This document shows positions 62,270 to 64,000 of a DNA stretch of 64,000 nucleotides, piece by piece. This stretch comes from Microcoleus sp. GTDB lineage: Bacteria; Cyanobacteriota; Cyanobacteriia; Cyanobacteriales; Microcoleaceae. The notes under the pieces were generated by a model. It was not told the DNA's origin. It did no database searches and saw only the letters and a list, made by a program, of their open reading frames with translations. Numbering within the stretch: position 1 is the stretch's first letter; every line of letters begins with the position of its first letter. The translations under genes and the position numbers were made by a program. Where the stretch lies: assembly GCA_052279835.1 (NCBI GenBank), contig CP181291.1:2880001-2944000 (forward strand), written 5' to 3'.

Positions 62270-64000
62270 ATGAGCGAGTTTACGCCAGGGTCAGAGCCCA
62301 TGCTGCCCGCAGCACAGATGCCAGAACTAGAAATCCAGCCCAGTCAGTTAGCCGCCAATTCCGAAGTCCATCGATTATACAGTTTACTAACAGATTACAA
62401 TTTTATTCAAACCAAGCTGTCAGCATCGGGAGTACAGCCCCTAATAGAAGATTACAATTTAGCAATAAACATCCCGAATTTCACAGATAATCACCAAATA
62501 AAAACCCTCAAATTAATCCAAGAAACCCTGGGAATTTCTGCCCACATTATCGCCCAAGATAATACCCAACTACCCACACAACTAATTGCCCGCTTGATGT
62601 GTTTTGAAAATCCCGAAATTAAAGCACTACTAGCCCAAGCAACACACCAAAAATACCCCTGGTTTAGACCGTTAACTGCCAGTTTCACCCCTCCGGGAGG
62701 AAGATTGCAGCGCACCCTCACTGGACATACAGATTGGGTACAAGCTGTAGCAATTACCCCCGACGGTAAGCGGGTAATTTCTGGCTCATCCGACCATAAT
62801 ATCAAAGTTTGGCATTTAGACACAGGAGAGGAAATTTTCACCCTAACAGGTCATCTTACCTACGTCAATGCTGTGGCAGTAACCCCCGATGGCACTCAAG
62901 TAATTTCCGGTTCTTGGGATAATACGATCAAGATTTGGAACCTCGAAACAGGACAAGAAGTATTTACCTTTGCCGGCGATACCTTTGCCGTAGAAGCTGT
63001 AGCAGTTACTCCCGACGGCAAAGCAGTAATTTCTGGTTCATGGGATGGCAGTATTAAGGTTTGGGATTTAAAAAACCGGGAAATAATCTTTAACCTCAAA
63101 AGTCATACAAGTTTTGTACAATCAGTAGCAGTAACACCGGACAGCAAGCGATTGATTTCCGGTTCCGGCGATAACAGCATCAAAGTCTGGAATTTAGAAA
63201 CAGGAAAAGAAATTTTCACTCTGACTGGTCATCGGGATTGGGTCAAATCAGTAGCAGTTAGTCCCGACGGAGAAAAGATTATTTCTGGTAGTTATGACGG
63301 CACAATAAAAGTCTGGAGTTTGAGAGAAAGAAAGAAACTATTTACATTAGGAAGTCATGACAGTTTCATCCAATCTGTGGCAATAACTCCCGATGGCCAG
63401 CGAGTAATTTCTGCTTCCGGTGACAAAACTATCAAAGTTTGGCATCTTGAAACCAAAGCAGAAATATTCAGTTTTACGGATCACATCGCCCCGGTGAATG
63501 CAGTAGCGGTGAGTGCGGACGGTAAACGGATAGTTTCTGGTGCCTCTGACAAAACTCTCAAAGTTTGGTGTTTAGAAACAGAAACACAAAATGTATCATT
63601 TTTAGCCCATCAGGATTCCGTAAATGCTGTGGCAGTAACACCGGATTGCACTAAAGCAATTTCGGGTTCTGGCGACAACACGATTAAAGTCTGGAATCTG
63701 GAAAATGGAGAAGAACTTTTGACTATTTATGGTCATAAAGATTGGGTTAAGGCAATCGCTGTCACCCCAGACAGCCAGCGCATAATTTCGGGTTCCGGTG
63801 ACCAAACGGTGAAAGTTTGGAATGTGGCCACAGGAGAGGAAATTAGGAGTTTCGCAGGTCATACAGACTGGGTAAATTCTGTGGCTGTGACTGCGGACAG
63901 CAGGATGGTAATTTCAGGTTCTGGTGACAAAACTATTAAGGTTTGGAGTCTGGAAACAGGAGAAGAAATTTTTACATTTGTAGGTCACACTGACGGGATA
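62270..64000 (+). CDS. WD40-repeat protein, 3' end outside the window; not in the ORF track
   Basis: ATG 62270: MSEFTPG...LLTDYNFIQTKL...PWFRPLTASFTPPGGRLQRTLTGHTDWVQAVAITPDGKRVISGS; about ten 42-aa repeats to the window edge. Confidence 0.9.
   Translation, partial: MSEFTPGSEPMLPAAQMPELEIQPSQLAANSEVHRLYSLLTDYNFIQTKLSASGVQPLIEDYNLAINIPNFTDNHQIKTLKLIQETLGISAHIIAQDNTQLPTQLIARLMCFENPEIKALLAQATHQKYPWFRPLTASFTPPGGRLQRTLTGHTDWVQAVAITPDGKRVISGSSDHNIKVWHLDTGEEIFTLTGHLTYVNAVAVTPDGTQVISGSWDNTIKIWNLETGQEVFTFAGDTFAVEAVAVTPDGKAVISGSWDGSIKVWDLKNREIIFNLKSHTSFVQSVAVTPDSKRLISGSGDNSIKVWNLETGKEIFTLTGHRDWVKSVAVSPDGEKIISGSYDGTIKVWSLRERKKLFTLGSHDSFIQSVAITPDGQRVISASGDKTIKVWHLETKAEIFSFTDHIAPVNAVAVSADGKRIVSGASDKTLKVWCLETETQNVSFLAHQDSVNAVAVTPDCTKAISGSGDNTIKVWNLENGEELLTIYGHKDWVKAIAVTPDSQRIISGSGDQTVKVWNVATGEEIRSFAGHTDWVNSVAVTADSRMVISGSGDKTIKVWSLETGEEIFTFVGHTDGI

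Noticed and set aside
2926..63862. Many short overlapping or antisense ORFs in the track
   Set aside because: They overlap well-supported genes and show no recognisable motifs

Overview
Chromosomal window from a filamentous cyanobacterium, probably Oscillatoriales/Microcoleus-like. This is inferred from frequent HIP1 GCGATCGC sites, heptamer tandem repeats, psaX, psbI and a phycobiliprotein lyase. It holds housekeeping genes (purN, lipA, hisG, ychF, rsmG, sodA, rpiA), a polysaccharide cluster next to LuxR/EAL/GGDEF regulators, and many signalling proteins: two hybrid kinases, a receiver-adenylate cyclase and a cyanobacteriochrome diguanylate cyclase. There is also a complete tnpB-only IS200/IS605 element, a TPR-GT41 glycosyltransferase, a GH38 alpha-mannosidase with a 222-aa in-frame tandem repeat, and many REP/MITE-like repeats. 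Four genes missing from the ORF track were read by hand: psaX, psbI and the two edge-truncated CDSs. Two genes are split by single-base insertions in homopolymer runs. No CRISPR array, rRNA or tRNA was seen. I found no clear-cut new multi-gene system. The best leads are the mannosidase repeat insert, the DCCF-variant photoreceptor cyclase, an NTPase-less NLR-like WD40 protein, and the c-di-GMP/EPS neighbourhood.
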